NCBI GenBank assembly: GCA_963699545.1
Contig: CAVOUE010000006.1
Coordinates: 160,001 to 224,000 of the forward strand
Direction: 5' to 3'
DNA length: 64,000 nucleotides
Source: Nitrospirota bacterium
GTDB lineage: Bacteria; Nitrospirota; Thermodesulfovibrionia; Thermodesulfovibrionales; UBA9159
Position 1 is the first letter of the stretch. Each line of letters begins with the position of its first letter. The notes under the pieces are model-generated. The model saw only the letters and a program-made list of their open reading frames with translations. It did no database searches and was not told the DNA's origin. Below, one piece after another: positions 33,035 through 48,926 of this stretch. Made by a program: the position numbers and the translations under genes.

Positions 33035-33224
33035 ACGATACCCTCCTTTCACGAACAACGAGTTTATAGGTGACAGCATACCTACCATGACCTGCACCCT
33101 GAAAATCGCTATGGATATGATGGAGCATTTTGAACCTTCACGCCCTTATTGTGCTATTGCTCAGCAGGGAAGTCAATACCCTGCATGGCTCTGAAATGGC
33201 TGGGCGGAGGACTCAGCCGTTGCG

Positions 33225-34112
33225 TCAATAGATAAATGTTTTCGGGTCCTTGATCCTGTGGCAACGGTTGCAGAGATTTTTTGCTTCTCCCTGTCCCACA
33301 ACCCATTTGTGCGCCTTGTGGCAGTCGAGGCACTCCATGCCCTTTTTCATGTGGAGATTGTGCTGCCCTACCCTGGCCTCGTTTCCGTGACATTCTCCCA
33401 AGCAGTCTGATGACCTGAGCTTGATCTTCCCGTGGGGCTTATGACACTGGTGGCACTGGAAGTTCGCCATGGGTCCGCTGGCAGGGACTCTGTGACACCT
33501 CAGGCAGCGGTCTTTCGGGACCATGGTGGGTGACTTCTCCCCAAAGGAATGACACTTGAGACAGGAGAACGCCTCCATCCCGACGCCGTGGACCCCCTTG
33601 TCCTTGTGGCAGCCCTCACATGCGCTTTCATCAGGTTTGAACTGATGGAGGCTCCGCCCGTGACACACCTTGCATTCCACGTTGTGCATGAATACATGCT
33701 TCGCGTGGCCGTGGGATTTCCGCAGCGTCACCGAGCCCTGGCTTATCTCGCTCAGATGGCAGTTCCTGCACTCGGACCACGGCTTCTTCCTGCCATGAGT
33801 CCCGGAAAAATCGCTCTTCCCCTTTACCACATAGGTGACAAGGAGCTGGTTCTGTTCAATGAGATTCAGGTGGTGACATTTCTGGCACACAATGTCCCTG
33901 TGTTTGCCCCTCTGCCACTCCTGAAACGCTTCCTTCATCATGTGGCATGACATGCAGAACTCAGGGTCCTCCTGGGTATGCCGGTAGTATTTATATCCCA
34001 CCACGATGCCGAGGACCGAGATGACCGCTATCAAAGCAAGGACAAACCCCTTGAGATGTTCAACAAGTCCGCTCACCAGCCTCGATACCCTGTTCCTGAG
34101 ATTTCTTTTCAT
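33225..34112 (-). CDS. Membrane-anchored multiheme cytochrome c with a NapC/NirT-like N-terminus
   Basis: TM helix, EFCMSCHMM; ten CxxCH plus one CLGECH. Confidence 0.85.
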   Translation of the reverse strand: MKRNLRNRVSRLVSGLVEHLKGFVLALIAVISVLGIVVGYKYYRHTQEDPEFCMSCHMMKEAFQEWQRGKHRDIVCQKCHHLNLIEQNQLLVTYVVKGKSDFSGTHGRKKPWSECRNCHLSEISQGSVTLRKSHGHAKHVFMHNVECKVCHGRSLHQFKPDESACEGCHKDKGVHGVGMEAFSCLKCHSFGEKSPTMVPKDRCLRCHRVPASGPMANFQCHQCHKPHGKIKLRSSDCLGECHGNEARVGQHNLHMKKGMECLDCHKAHKWVVGQGEAKNLCNRCHRIKDPKTFIY

Positions 34113-34143
34113 ACCCCCGGCTTTTTGTCCGAGCAGGGCATAC

Positions 34144-34912
34144 CTAATGCGCCGCCTTATGGAGAATTCTTTTTGCCATCACCGCCATTGCCGCAAGTCC
34201 GATGATCACGCTTATCACCTGGGAAACAGAGATTCCCGCAACAACATATCCCCTGACCTCATCGCCCCTGAAGAATTCCACGGTAAATCTAAGTGCCGAG
34301 TAAAGAACAATGTATGTCCAGAACAACTGTCCCTTGAAGGAGCGATGCCGCCTCAGGGTGATGAGGATCAGAAAGTTGAGGAATTCCCCCGCGGATTCGT
34401 ATAACTGAGTGGGATGAAGGGGTATCCCCGTCCTCGCCACGCATTCAGGGTCGAGGAACGTGACCGCCCACGGAAGACCCGAAGCTTTCCCGTAACAGCA
34501 TCCGGAGGCAAAGCAACCGATCCTTCCCACGGCATGGCCCACGGCCAGGGACGGTGCAAATATATCCATGAGACCTCCCGTATCCAGGGAATGCTTCCTT
34601 ATATACCACAGGGCAACGGGCACCGCCAGGAGCAGACCTCCGTAGAATACAAGGCCCCCCTCCCATAGTTTTATAATGTCCAGGGGGTGCTTGAGATAAT
34701 GGCCTGCATTGATCACCACAAAGAAAAGCCGGGAGCCCACGATGGCCGCAAGGAGGACATAAAACCCGATGTCGACGATTCTCTCCGAAGGGATTCCCTC
34801 TCTTCTTCCCTAGCCTCACCGCAAGGGCAAGACCAAGGAGAAAACCCACCGCTAAAAGGACCCCATACGTATGGATCGAAAGCGGGCCGATGCGGATCAA
34901 TACCGGGTGCAC
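34144..34912 (-). CDS. lgt: Prolipoprotein diacylglyceryl transferase, frameshifted
   Basis: GGLVFYGG, GRIGCF, HPTQLYE, RFTVEFFR. Confidence 0.92.
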
Positions 34913-35371
34913 TACGCGCTACTCTCTCTTCTGTGATGAAACAGGGAGCCCACCAGTAAAAGAACAAGTCCCACGGTCAGCGCGGAATCCGCAATGTTAA
35001 AGGCCGGCCAGTGAAGCCTTCCGGCAAATATGTCGATAAAATCTGTGACTTTCTGAAGACAACCCTGTCGATGAGATTGCCTGCAGCACCTCCCAGAATC
35101 AAGGAGAGCCCGAACCTGTCCTCCCTGCCTTTCATCAGCAGGTAAACGATGAAGGCCACGGCTGCCAAGGGAAATCGACGATGAATGCGCTATTCCCAAA
35201 ACTCTTGAACATTCCAAAGGCTGCGCCCTCATTCCTGACGCTCACCAGTTGAAGAAACGGCAGTATCTCAATAGTATCAAAAGTGCCTATATACACCCTC
35301 GCAAGGAATTTCGTTATCTGATCCACAAGGACGATGAGAAAGGCAAGGAGAAAATAGGGATATCTCTTCAT
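34912..35371 (-). CDS. lspA: Signal peptidase II, frameshifted
   Basis: [31 protein letters not shown]. Confidence 0.92.
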
Positions 35372-38188
35372 CTCAGGGTATTATAACAGCGGTCACAGAG
35401 TTCGGGAGCGTCTTCAAAGGTGCCTACCGCGTCGCTCCAGTTCCAGCACCGCTCACACTTTTTCCCCGGTGCCCTTTCCACAAGAACAAAAACAGCCTCC
35501 TGCTGAACCTGACCTGTGCCTCTCGAATCCCCCTCAAAGCCCACTTCCCCTTTGTATGTCCCCTCAGGCACGGTGTCTGTTCTTATCACTGCGGCGGATA
35601 CGATGAAGAGCGTGGTCAGAAAATCCGCATAGTCCTTAAGAAGACGCTGCAGCCTCCTCCCTTCGGCAACATAGAGGATGACGTTCGCCTCCAGAGAATT
35701 CCCGAGGGACCTTTCCTGCCTCTTTATCTCGATCGCCTTGTTCACTTCATCTCTCAGGGATATGAGCGCTGCCCACCTGCCCTCCAGGTCCGGGTCAAGA
35801 AACCGCTTGTCCACCACGGGAAAGCGAGAGAGGAAAACGCTTTCTTCTTTCTTCCCCGGCATGAAACCCCATATCTCCTCGGCGGTGAAGGAAAGCACGG
35901 GGGCCATCAATCGCGTCATCACCGAGACGATCCGGTGCATGACCCACTGGCCGGCCCTCCTCTCGGGCGAGTCCGCCCTGAACGTGTAGAGCCTGTCCTT
36001 AAGGATATCGAGGTAAAAGGCAGCTCATGTCGACGATGCAGAAATTATGGATGTTGTGATAGACCTGATGGAAGTCGAAGTTCTCGTATGCATCGGTGAC
36101 CTTTCCCACAAGGCCCTGCAATCTGCGACATGGCCCAGCGGTCGATCTCCAGGAGGTCCTGCTGTAGTCCCTGTCGTCGAAATCATGGAGATTGCCCAGC
36201 AGGAAGCGCGCTGTATTTCTTATTTTCCTGTACGCCTCCACCAGCCTGTCGATGATCTCCCTGGATATCCTTATGTCATCCCGGTAATCTTCAGCCGAGA
36301 CCCAGAGCCTGAGGATCTCAGCACCGTTCTTCTTGATGATATCCTGGGGAGCCACAACGTTGCCGAGGGATTTCGACATCTTCTTCCCCTGCCCGTCCAC
36401 CACAAATCCATGGGTAAGCACGGTTTTGTAAGGAGCCGAGTTCTCCGTCCCCACAGCGGCGATCAGGGAACTCTGGAACCATCCCCGGTGCTGGTCACTC
36501 CCTTCAAGATACATATCCGCGGGCCACGAAAGCCGTTCGTCCTTTTCCATGACCGCTGCGTGACTAACGCCCGAGTCGAACCAGACATCAAGGATGTCAA
36601 GCTCCTTGATGAACGATGAGTGGCCGCACTTTCTGCATGTATATCCTGAGGGCAGGAGCATCTTCAGCTTCTTTCGTAAACCAGATGTCGGAACCATCGG
36701 CCTCCACAAGCCTCACGATGCCGTCCAGCACCTCGTGGTCGCCCACGAACTCCCCGCAGTCACCGCACTTGATGAGCGTTATCGGCACACCCCATGACCG
36801 CTGTCGGGATATGCACCAGTCAGGCCTGTTAAAGACCATTCCGTAAATCCTGCTCTTTGCCCCATTCGGGAATCCACTGCACCTTATTGATCTCTTCTAG
36901 GCATCTGTCTCTCAGCTGATGTTTGCTCCATAGAGATGAACCACTGCTCAGTGGCACGAAATATCACCGGTTTCTTGCACCGCCAGCAGTGAGGATAGGA
37001 GTGGGTGATCTTTTCGACGCCGAGGAGCGCGTTTTTTTTCTTGAGCGTCTCTATGATCGCATCGTTCGCCTTGAAGACAAACTGTCCCTCGAACTCAGGG
37101 ACCTCCTTCGTAAAGCTGCCCTTGTCATCCACAGGAGCATAGATATCGAGACCATATTTGAGCCCGGCCTCATAGTCGTCCTCTCCGTGTCCCGGCGCGA
37201 TATGGACGATCCCTGTGCCTTCAACGGCGGTCACAAACTCTCCCAGGATCACCTTCGAGCGCCTGCTGATAAAGGGATGCTCAGCCTGCATCCCTTCAAG
37301 GCTTTTCACCCTTGACCGTGATGCAGAACCTCACCCTGAAAAAGAAGCCTTTCCTTCAGTTCACTCGGCGACGATGAGGACATCGCCATTCTTTGCGATC
37401 GCGGCATATTCATAATCCGGCTTAAGCGCAAGGGCAAGGTTTGCAGGAAGCGTCCACGGCGTCGTGGTCCAGATGACAAAAAAGACGTTCCTTCCCTTAA
37501 GCCCGGGGAGGTACCTCTCCACGTCCGCGTCCACCGACCCTGAACTTCACATAGACGGAAGGGGATTCCTTGTCGGCATATTCCACCTCGGCCTCAGCAA
37601 GGGCGGTCACGCAGGAAGGACACCAGTGCACGGGCTTTTTCCTCCTCTCCACATATCCTCCCTTCACAAACTTCATGAACTCCCTGACAATAGCACCCTC
37701 ATAGGCGTTCGTCATGGTGAGATAGGGAGAGAGCCAGTCCCCGAACACCCCGAGCCTCCTGAACTCCTCCCTCTGGATGTCGACGAATTCGGCGGCATAC
37801 TCCCGGCAGAGCTTTCTCTTTTCGAGGATACCGATCTTCTCTTTTCCGTCTCCCAGGTTCTTGTCCACCTGGAGCTCGATGGGGAGGCCGTGGCAGTCCC
37901 ACCCGGGGACGTAGGGAGAATAGAAACCCTGCATGGACTTGAACTTGACGATGATGTCCTTCAGTATCTTGTTCAGGGCATGCCCCATATGGATATGCCC
38001 GTTCGCGTAGGGCGGGCCGTCATGGAGCATATAAGTGGGCCGTTGTCTTTATTTTTCTGCTGAATCTTTTCATACACCCTTTTCTCATCCCAGGACCTCA
38101 GCATCTCAGGCTCCCTCTGGGCAAGGTTGGCCTTCATCGGAAAGGCGGTCTGTGGAAGGTTAAGCGTATCTTTATAATCCGTAGGCAT
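35368..38188 (-). CDS. ileS: Isoleucine-tRNA ligase, several frameshifts
   Basis: [38 protein letters not shown]-terminal CERCW zinc finger. Confidence 0.95.
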
Positions 38189-38292
38189 AGTCCATAAAAG
38201 TACCACTAGAGATTACGCGAAGTCAAGGCGAGAAGCGAATTCCGCGGTGCCGTTTTCCCTGATATGCGGCGGGGTTATAAGGGAACGATCGT

Positions 38293-39006
38293 TTAAGCGA
38301 CCTGCAAATGACTTCGGATGATTCCGAGGTCCAGATATTTCACTGCGGCTCTTTCAAGGGTCGCATTTTCGAGGTCGTCAAGACAGGGAAAGACGCCCAA
38401 TAGAGGAACCGGACTCACCTGCTGAAGGACAAGGGGGTTGGTATTTTCCGACACGGTCCCCTCAGACCTTCTGGTGAAATTGATCACGATCCCGGAAACA
38501 TTGATGCCTTCCTTCAATGCATAGTTCACCGTAAGGAGCGTATGATTCAGGGTCCCAAGGGTGGCCCGGGCAACAACGATCACGGGGAGGCCCAGCTGCT
38601 TTATGAGATCAATGACGAAATAGTCTCTTCTGATCGGGACGAGGATTCCCCCTACTCCTTCCACGACCACTGACTGATATCTCTGTAAAAGCGCGTGAAA
38701 CTTCTCGACGATACTATCAATCCTCACTACCTTGCTTTCCATCTCCGCTGCCAGAGATGGCGCAACAGGCGCTTCGAAACAATAGGGCGTTATCTGATTG
38801 ATATTCTCGTCCATCCCGGCCACTCTTTTGAGAAACATGCCGTCCGAGGGATAGAGGGTATTGCCGATACGGGAGCATCCGGTCTCGACGGGCTTCATGC
38901 CGCAGGCGTTCGCACCCAGAACATGGATTGCCTTTATCAGCGCTCCCGCGATGACCGTTTTCCCCACCCCTGTGTCAGTGCCGGTGATGAAGAACCCTTT
39001 GCTCAT
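38293..39006 (-). CDS. bioD: Dethiobiotin synthase
   Basis: FITGTDTGVGKT, MKPVETG, VEGVGG, LGTLNHTLLT. Confidence 0.95.
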   Translation of the reverse strand: MSKGFFITGTDTGVGKTVIAGALIKAIHVLGANACGMKPVETGCSRIGNTLYPSDGMFLKRVAGMDENINQITPYCFEAPVAPSLAAEMESKVVRIDSIVEKFHALLQRYQSVVVEGVGGILVPIRRDYFVIDLIKQLGLPVIVVARATLGTLNHTLLTVNYALKEGINVSGIVINFTRRSEGTVSENTNPLVLQQVSPVPLLGVFPCLDDLENATLERAAVKYLDLGIIRSHLQVA

Positions 39007-39710
39007 ACCCTCGAATCGAGGCAGAAGACCTGTCCCGTGACGGTTTCAGTCGTCACGAGATAGGCGATGAACCCCGCTACCTCTCCGGGATCTGAGAGAC
39101 ACCCAAGGATGCTCTCTTCCCTTGCCTGTTTCATGGCCCCTTGCGCACGCGTGCCCATCCCCGTGGGCATATAGCCGGGAAGGACACAGTTCACTTTTAT
39201 ATTATACTCCCCCAGTTCCTTTGCAAGAGAGTAAGTGAAGCCGATGACTGAGGCTTTTGAAGCGCTGTACGCAGCTTGCCCTGTCTTCCCTCTCAGTCCC
39301 GAGCGTGAAGATATGTTGATGATATGACCGCTCCGTGCCTGTATCATGAACGGCGCCACAGCCTTCACTGTGTTAAAGCATCCTTTGAGATTCACGCGAA
39401 AGACTTCGTCCCAGTCGTCTTCCCCGCACTTGATCATCAACCCGTCCCTCGTGATAGCGGCATTATTTATGAGCACATCAATTCTTCCCCACTTCTCATA
39501 AACCTTCCGGGCCATCTCTTCCACGTCCCGGAAGCTGCCGGCGTCCGCCCTCACCCCGATGGACCGCGGGCCTGTGCTCAGGACAACCTCCCCTGCCTCT
39601 TCCGACGAATGACGATAGTTGACCGCAACATTATATCCTGAACGTCCCAGCGCAAGGGCAACCTCTCTTCCGAGCCCCCTTGACGCACCGGTGACAATAG
39701 CGACGCTCAT
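39003..39710 (-). CDS. FabG-like SDR oxidoreductase
   Basis: TGASRGLG, NNAAITRD, YSASK. Confidence 0.85.
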   Translation of the reverse strand: MSVAIVTGASRGLGREVALALGRSGYNVAVNYRHSSEEAGEVVLSTGPRSIGVRADAGSFRDVEEMARKVYEKWGRIDVLINNAAITRDGLMIKCGEDDWDEVFRVNLKGCFNTVKAVAPFMIQARSGHIINISSRSGLRGKTGQAAYSASKASVIGFTYSLAKELGEYNIKVNCVLPGYMPTGMGTRAQGAMKQAREESILGCLSDPGEVAGFIAYLVTTETVTGQVFCLDSRV

Positions 39711-39926
39711 TGCAGGAAAACGGGTCTGTTCCATAGTGTTCCCGCACAGTCCTGCGCTCTCTCCGCGATGTGATCCGTTGTGCCCTCCTTGGGAGATCCT
39801 CCCGGGATACGAGATATTCGATACGATCCGCGCGTGCGGATAGCACCGCTCTCCCCTCATTTTTTTTAACTATACTCATTTCCCTGGCTCAATATCTACT
39901 GATTTTGGATTGTCCGGAACGGGGTG

Positions 39927-39980
39927 TTGACAAAGAATATTGGTTTAGGTTATGTTATTATCTCGTTCTTTGAATAGCTA
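39927..39980 (+). promoter_or_regulatory. rRNA promoter and boxA
   Basis: TTGACA near 39928; boxA-like GTTCTTTGAA; leader GTGCGTAGTAAACC pairs with GGTTTACTACGCAC after the 16S. Confidence 0.65.
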
Positions 39981-40023
39981 AAAATGTGCGTAGTAAACCT
40001 GTCGATTTTGAGTTAAACCAGTA

Positions 40024-41632
<1,609 letters not shown>

Positions 41633-41692
41633 AAAAGTGCAAAACGGTTTACTACGCACTTTTTAGATAAAGGGCCGGGGAAACTGGACCTC

Positions 41693-41769
<77 letters not shown>

Positions 41770-41894
41770 ACCAATTTTGCGTCGTGCAAGATTGGGGTTA
41801 TTAGTGATTAGTTGTTGGTTCGAGGAAAAATCTTTTACTGATAGCTAACCGCTGAGAACTGACAACTAGAGAATTTGCCAGGCAAATTCTTGTC

Positions 41895-41970
41895 GGGGGT
41901 GTAGCTCAGCTGGGAGAGCACCTGCTTTGCAAGCAGGGGGTCATCGGTTCGATCCCGTTCACCTCCACCA
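41895..41970 (+). tRNA. tRNA-Ala(TGC)
   Basis: Cloverleaf, anticodon loop TTTGCAA, CCA end. Confidence 0.97.
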
Positions 41971-42063
41971 ATAAGAGAGTTCGGCGTTCAGCGTCCAATG
42001 GTATAAGAACGTTGAACTTTGAATAGTTTTTTTGTTCTTTGACAACAGAAGGGAAGAAGTAAG

Positions 42064-45304
<3,241 letters not shown>

Positions 45305-45336
45305 TTATTTATTCCCTCCTGTTGTCAAAGAGCTTA

Positions 45337-45437
45337 GGGGACTGTCCATATTTACGGACGCCTGCCTGCCCGGTAGGCAGGGAACGAAGTGAAGTCGTAG
45401 AACCTGCCTGTCCGGCAGGCAGGTAGGGACTGTCCCA
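45337..45437. repeat. REP-like palindromes in the 23S-5S spacer
   Basis: Two CCTGCCTG..CGG.AGGCAGG hairpins flanked by GGGACTGTCC copies. Confidence 0.7.
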
Positions 45438-45501
45438 GCAAGAGAAGTTCCTTGCTTTTTGCTCTTTTGAAATGCTAAACTTTTTGCACCGAAATCAAGT
45501 T

Positions 45502-45616
<115 letters not shown>

Positions 45617-45627
45617 TTAAAATAAGG

Positions 45628-45664
45628 AAAGGCCCGGAAGAAATTCCGGGCCTTTTTTGTTTTT
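45628..45664 (+). terminator. rRNA operon terminator
   Basis: AAAGGCCCGGAA-GAAA-TTCCGGGCCTTTTTTGTTTTT. Confidence 0.9.
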
Positions 45665-45847
45665 GACGTACTCACGGGCCCTCCCGCAGGGACAGACCCC
45701 CTGTTCGTTCACCTGAGAGGACGTCCTATGCACAGGGTGCACGTCCTGTGGTAGAATGTGAACAAACAGGGCTATGCCCATGCATAGCATAACAAAATAG
45801 CACTGACAGTGACATGCGGTCTTTATTCAAGACCAAGGAGGAAGACC

Positions 45848-46345
45848 ATGACGAAAAGGAAAACAACGAAGTTTTTGAGCTTATTTGTTGCCCTCGCCCT
45901 GCTGTGCGCAGTATCCACAGTGACCGGTGAAGAGTATGAGGCCATGAAGGGCGTCATATCGGCCAAGGCGGTCTTTGATGTGAGGCACGGCAATCCGAAA
46001 AGCGCCGCATCCCTCATGAATCTCATCCACGAGACATACAAGGTGCTGGCAATAGAGAAGAAGCAGCCAGTCTTTGTGGTCGTCTTCATCGGGCCGTCCG
46101 TCAAGCTCGTTTCCAAGAACAGGGAGGGGTTTTCTGCTGAAGACCAGAAGAGTCTTGACCAGATCGCCGCTACGGTAAAGGAAATGTCAAAGGACGGAAT
46201 AAAGCTTGAGCTCTGCGGCGTGGCTGCCAAATCCTTTAACGTGGATCCCGCATCTGTCCTGCCTGAGATCAAGGTGGTGGGAAACGGCTGGATCTCGGAG
46301 ATCGGTTATCAGGCCAAGGATTACTCTCTGGTTCCCGTGTATTAG
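45848..46345 (+). CDS. Exported DsrE-family protein
   Basis: AVFDV, VVVFIGPSV, GIKLELC, VGNGWISEIGYQ. Confidence 0.7.
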   Translation: MTKRKTTKFLSLFVALALLCAVSTVTGEEYEAMKGVISAKAVFDVRHGNPKSAASLMNLIHETYKVLAIEKKQPVFVVVFIGPSVKLVSKNREGFSAEDQKSLDQIAATVKEMSKDGIKLELCGVAAKSFNVDPASVLPEIKVVGNGWISEIGYQAKDYSLVPVY

Positions 46346-46459
46346 GAAGGACGTTTGCCCGATTCCCTCGCTGTTGTGAGACAGTGGGGGAACCGAGAAA
46401 CGAGGTGCGATAATCTTTCTTTCTCGCACTGCCCCGGAAGAGATTCCGGGACTTTTTTG

Positions 46460-47773
46460 TTACAAGACACATTTCTTAAACTTCGCGAGATGTGACGGGT
46501 TTCCTTTCATCTTCAACTTTCCCGTTACCAGCGCCCTGAGGGGCGACACCTCTTCGTTCAGCATTTTGACCCACGTGTCGGAGTCCGCGCGGATACGGAG
46601 GTTGGCATTGCCGCTCAGGCCGGAGGAAACATTGACCGCGTTGTTTACTATCCGGACCGTTGCCTGTCCCGGTTCCTTTCCCGTGAATTCAAAATGAAGG
46701 GTCAGGTCAAGCCCCTCCGCCTTTTTTGGGTTGAACAGAAGAGGTATTCCGTTCAGAAAAGATTCGACAGACGCCGGTCTGATAGTATTCTTTACATAGC
46801 GAACGAACTTGTGCGTGTTCTTCGACGCCCTCTCTTCTGCCCTTGTGCCGCCTATGACATACACAGGCTCTCGTTTCTCTTTCAGGGGGTTTACGACGTT
46901 CTGAACATGCCGCTTCTTATCCTGCTGGTATTTTCCCAATTGCTTCGAGCCTGCAGGGCAGACTGCCATACAGTAGGAGCACCGGTAGAAGTGGCCGTAC
47001 GTGAGAGACTGCCATTTCGTGGCGGTCTCTGCGTCGGTGACCTTTGAACGGTACGCCCTGACGTTCTTTGAGGCGACCACGTCCTCGACCCATTCCTGGA
47101 ACCCGCCGAACAAGTCATGGTAGTTGTGCATTGCGCAGGACATAAAATCGAATTCTCCGTTCTTGCCTATGGCACCGACCGGACACACTGAGACGCAGAG
47201 CATGCAGTCAATGCACGGGTTCTCTTTGAGCGGGCCGTCGTATCGATCCAGTGTTGCGTTGATGAGGATTGTGTCAAGGATGATAAGATTGCCGAAGACA
47301 GGGTGAAGAACGATACGGCTTTTTCCCATACATCCCATGCCTGCTTCGACGGCCACCGTCTTGTGGCCTACCTCCCATATCTTCCCGGGCCACCGGTCCA
47401 TGTCCATGGGAAAGCCGGGGGGTATCGCGACACCCCTTATGCCTGATGCATTCAGGCGCTTGATGATCCGGCCGGTCACATCATAAAGGTCCTTGTGTAT
47501 CTTCGAAAACTCGTGGTCGGCGACCGAAGCGGAAGGGCTCTGTATGCTTTCCGGGTTAACGGCCTTGACGACGGAGATAAGCGTCCTGGTATCGCCATAA
47601 ACCCGGAGGATATCCCCTTTCTCTCCTGAGAGAGCTTCGCGTCCAACCTCAACAAAGCCGACATCATCGGCGCCCTCCTCGATGCATATCCTGCGGAGAT
47701 CATCCGCTGAGATGCGGGGTGTTTCCTGACCTTGTACTGCCACCAAACCTTCATCCATTCCAGCTGAACTCAT
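46460..47773 (-). CDS. QueG/reductive-dehalogenase-like 4Fe-4S protein with a C-terminal SCP2 domain
   Basis: GADDVGFV, HKTVAVEAGMG, CIDCMLCVSVCP, CSYCMAVCP, ALVTGKLKMKGN. Confidence 0.8.
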   Translation of the reverse strand: MSSAGMDEGLVAVQGQETPRISADDLRRICIEEGADDVGFVEVGREALSGEKGDILRVYGDTRTLISVVKAVNPESIQSPSASVADHEFSKIHKDLYDVTGRIIKRLNASGIRGVAIPPGFPMDMDRWPGKIWEVGHKTVAVEAGMGCMGKSRIVLHPVFGNLIILDTILINATLDRYDGPLKENPCIDCMLCVSVCPVGAIGKNGEFDFMSCAMHNYHDLFGGFQEWVEDVVASKNVRAYRSKVTDAETATKWQSLTYGHFYRCSYCMAVCPAGSKQLGKYQQDKKRHVQNVVNPLKEKREPVYVIGGTRAEERASKNTHKFVRYVKNTIRPASVESFLNGIPLLFNPKKAEGLDLTLHFEFTGKEPGQATVRIVNNAVNVSSGLSGNANLRIRADSDTWVKMLNEEVSPLRALVTGKLKMKGNPSHLAKFKKCVL

Positions 47774-47792
47774 CGCCCACCTCCTGTCATTA

Positions 47793-47806
47793 CGTGTATA
47801 TACACG
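47793..47806. promoter_or_regulatory. Putative MarR operator 1
   Basis: Perfect palindrome CGTGTATATACACG. Confidence 0.75.
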
Positions 47807-47822
47807 CCATTACCGAAAAAAT

Positions 47823-48281
47823 TTACACAGCCGCCCTGCCTGAAAACCCGTCCGAAAGTTCGGACAGGTCTCTGATCAACGAGGCGAATCTCTCTTCACC
47901 CAGCTTCTCAATTATCCGATTCTGCGTTTTCTCCCAATGGGGGAAAATGCTGACAAATGCCTTCTTCCCCTTCGCGGTCAGCGAAACCCTTTTGCTTCTG
48001 GGGTCTTCACCCTGCTCAAGCCTGATCATGCCCGCCTTTTCCATTGGCCTCAGGTTTCTCGTCAGCGTGGTCCGATCCATCACAAGGATGTCGGAAAGCC
48101 CGGTGATCGTCTCAGGGCCTGCCGCGGAAAGAACAGCGAGGATCGAAAACTGCGTTCCCCGAAGTCCATACGGCTTAATTGCCCTGTCGAACACCTGCGT
48201 AATTGCTCTCGATGCCTTGCGGAGGTTGAAGCATGTGCATTTGGCACAACTGGCAAGCCTTTTGTCGTCCACAATATCCAT
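47823..48281 (-). CDS. MarR-family regulator
   Basis: CTCFNLRKASRAIT...QFSIL...MDRTTLTRNL...DPRSKRVSLTAKG. Confidence 0.9.
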   Translation of the reverse strand: MDIVDDKRLASCAKCTCFNLRKASRAITQVFDRAIKPYGLRGTQFSILAVLSAAGPETITGLSDILVMDRTTLTRNLRPMEKAGMIRLEQGEDPRSKRVSLTAKGKKAFVSIFPHWEKTQNRIIEKLGEERFASLIRDLSELSDGFSGRAAV

Positions 48282-48289
48282 ATTTATTA

Positions 48290-48301
48290 GTGTATATACA
48301 C
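48290..48301. promoter_or_regulatory. Putative MarR operator 2, overlapping the -10 of the marR promoter
   Basis: GTGTATATACAC inside TTGACA-17-TACACT on the minus strand. Confidence 0.75.
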
Positions 48302-48528
48302 CTATGAGGCTTGTCAAGTAAATACTTCGGAGGGAGGGTCACACCGTTTCAGCTCCGGACTCGAGAACTATCAGCTCTCTGCCGGATTAGATAAGAAAAG
48401 GTCCAGAATCTCTTCGGGCCTTTTTGTTTTTTGCTGCAGTGAAGATGTTGCTCCCCCGCCCTTACCGCTCGCGCGATTTGTTAACGGGATGGGTTCCCCC
48501 TCATTATCTCTCTTTTAAATCCTGCTCC

Positions 48529-48645
48529 TTATCTCAGTGCGCTTTTCGGCTGTTTGCCCTGCTTCGCTTTCAGATCTTTTGCCTCTTTGATCGCCTTCTG
48601 TTTCAGACCCTTGTCTTTGTCCTTCTTGCCGCCTTTGTCTCCCAT
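48529..48645 (-). CDS. 38-aa lysine-rich small protein
   Basis: RBS GGAGG; MGDKGGKKDKDKGLKQKAIKEAKDLKAKQGKQPKSALR*. Confidence 0.6.
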   Translation of the reverse strand: MGDKGGKKDKDKGLKQKAIKEAKDLKAKQGKQPKSALR

Positions 48646-48926
48646 TGTATGCCTCCTTTGCTGTTGTCAGTCGTATTCGTCCCGTGAGGGACGAGTACCG
48701 AACGCTGTAGCGCATTATACACGCCCGCCTCGGGCTTGTGCGCTTATGGAGGAAACTCCCCGGTACGAGGCCTATGAGCGTTCCTCATATGCAATGCTAC
48801 CAAAAGTACGAGCCGAAGGCAAGGTCGATTTACGCGTTACCCCTCAGGGTTCCTAATGAGCTGAGAGCCATTCCCTCCTTCCTGCCGAGAAGAAAGGATT
48901 GACACGTGTGTTAATATAAAAAAGGA

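Noticed and set aside
34144-38188. Pseudogenisation or programmed frameshifting of ileS, lspA and lgt (also kdpC, the ABC genes and others)
   Set aside because: Scattered single-base indels in essential genes, often near homopolymers, point to uncorrected long-read errors
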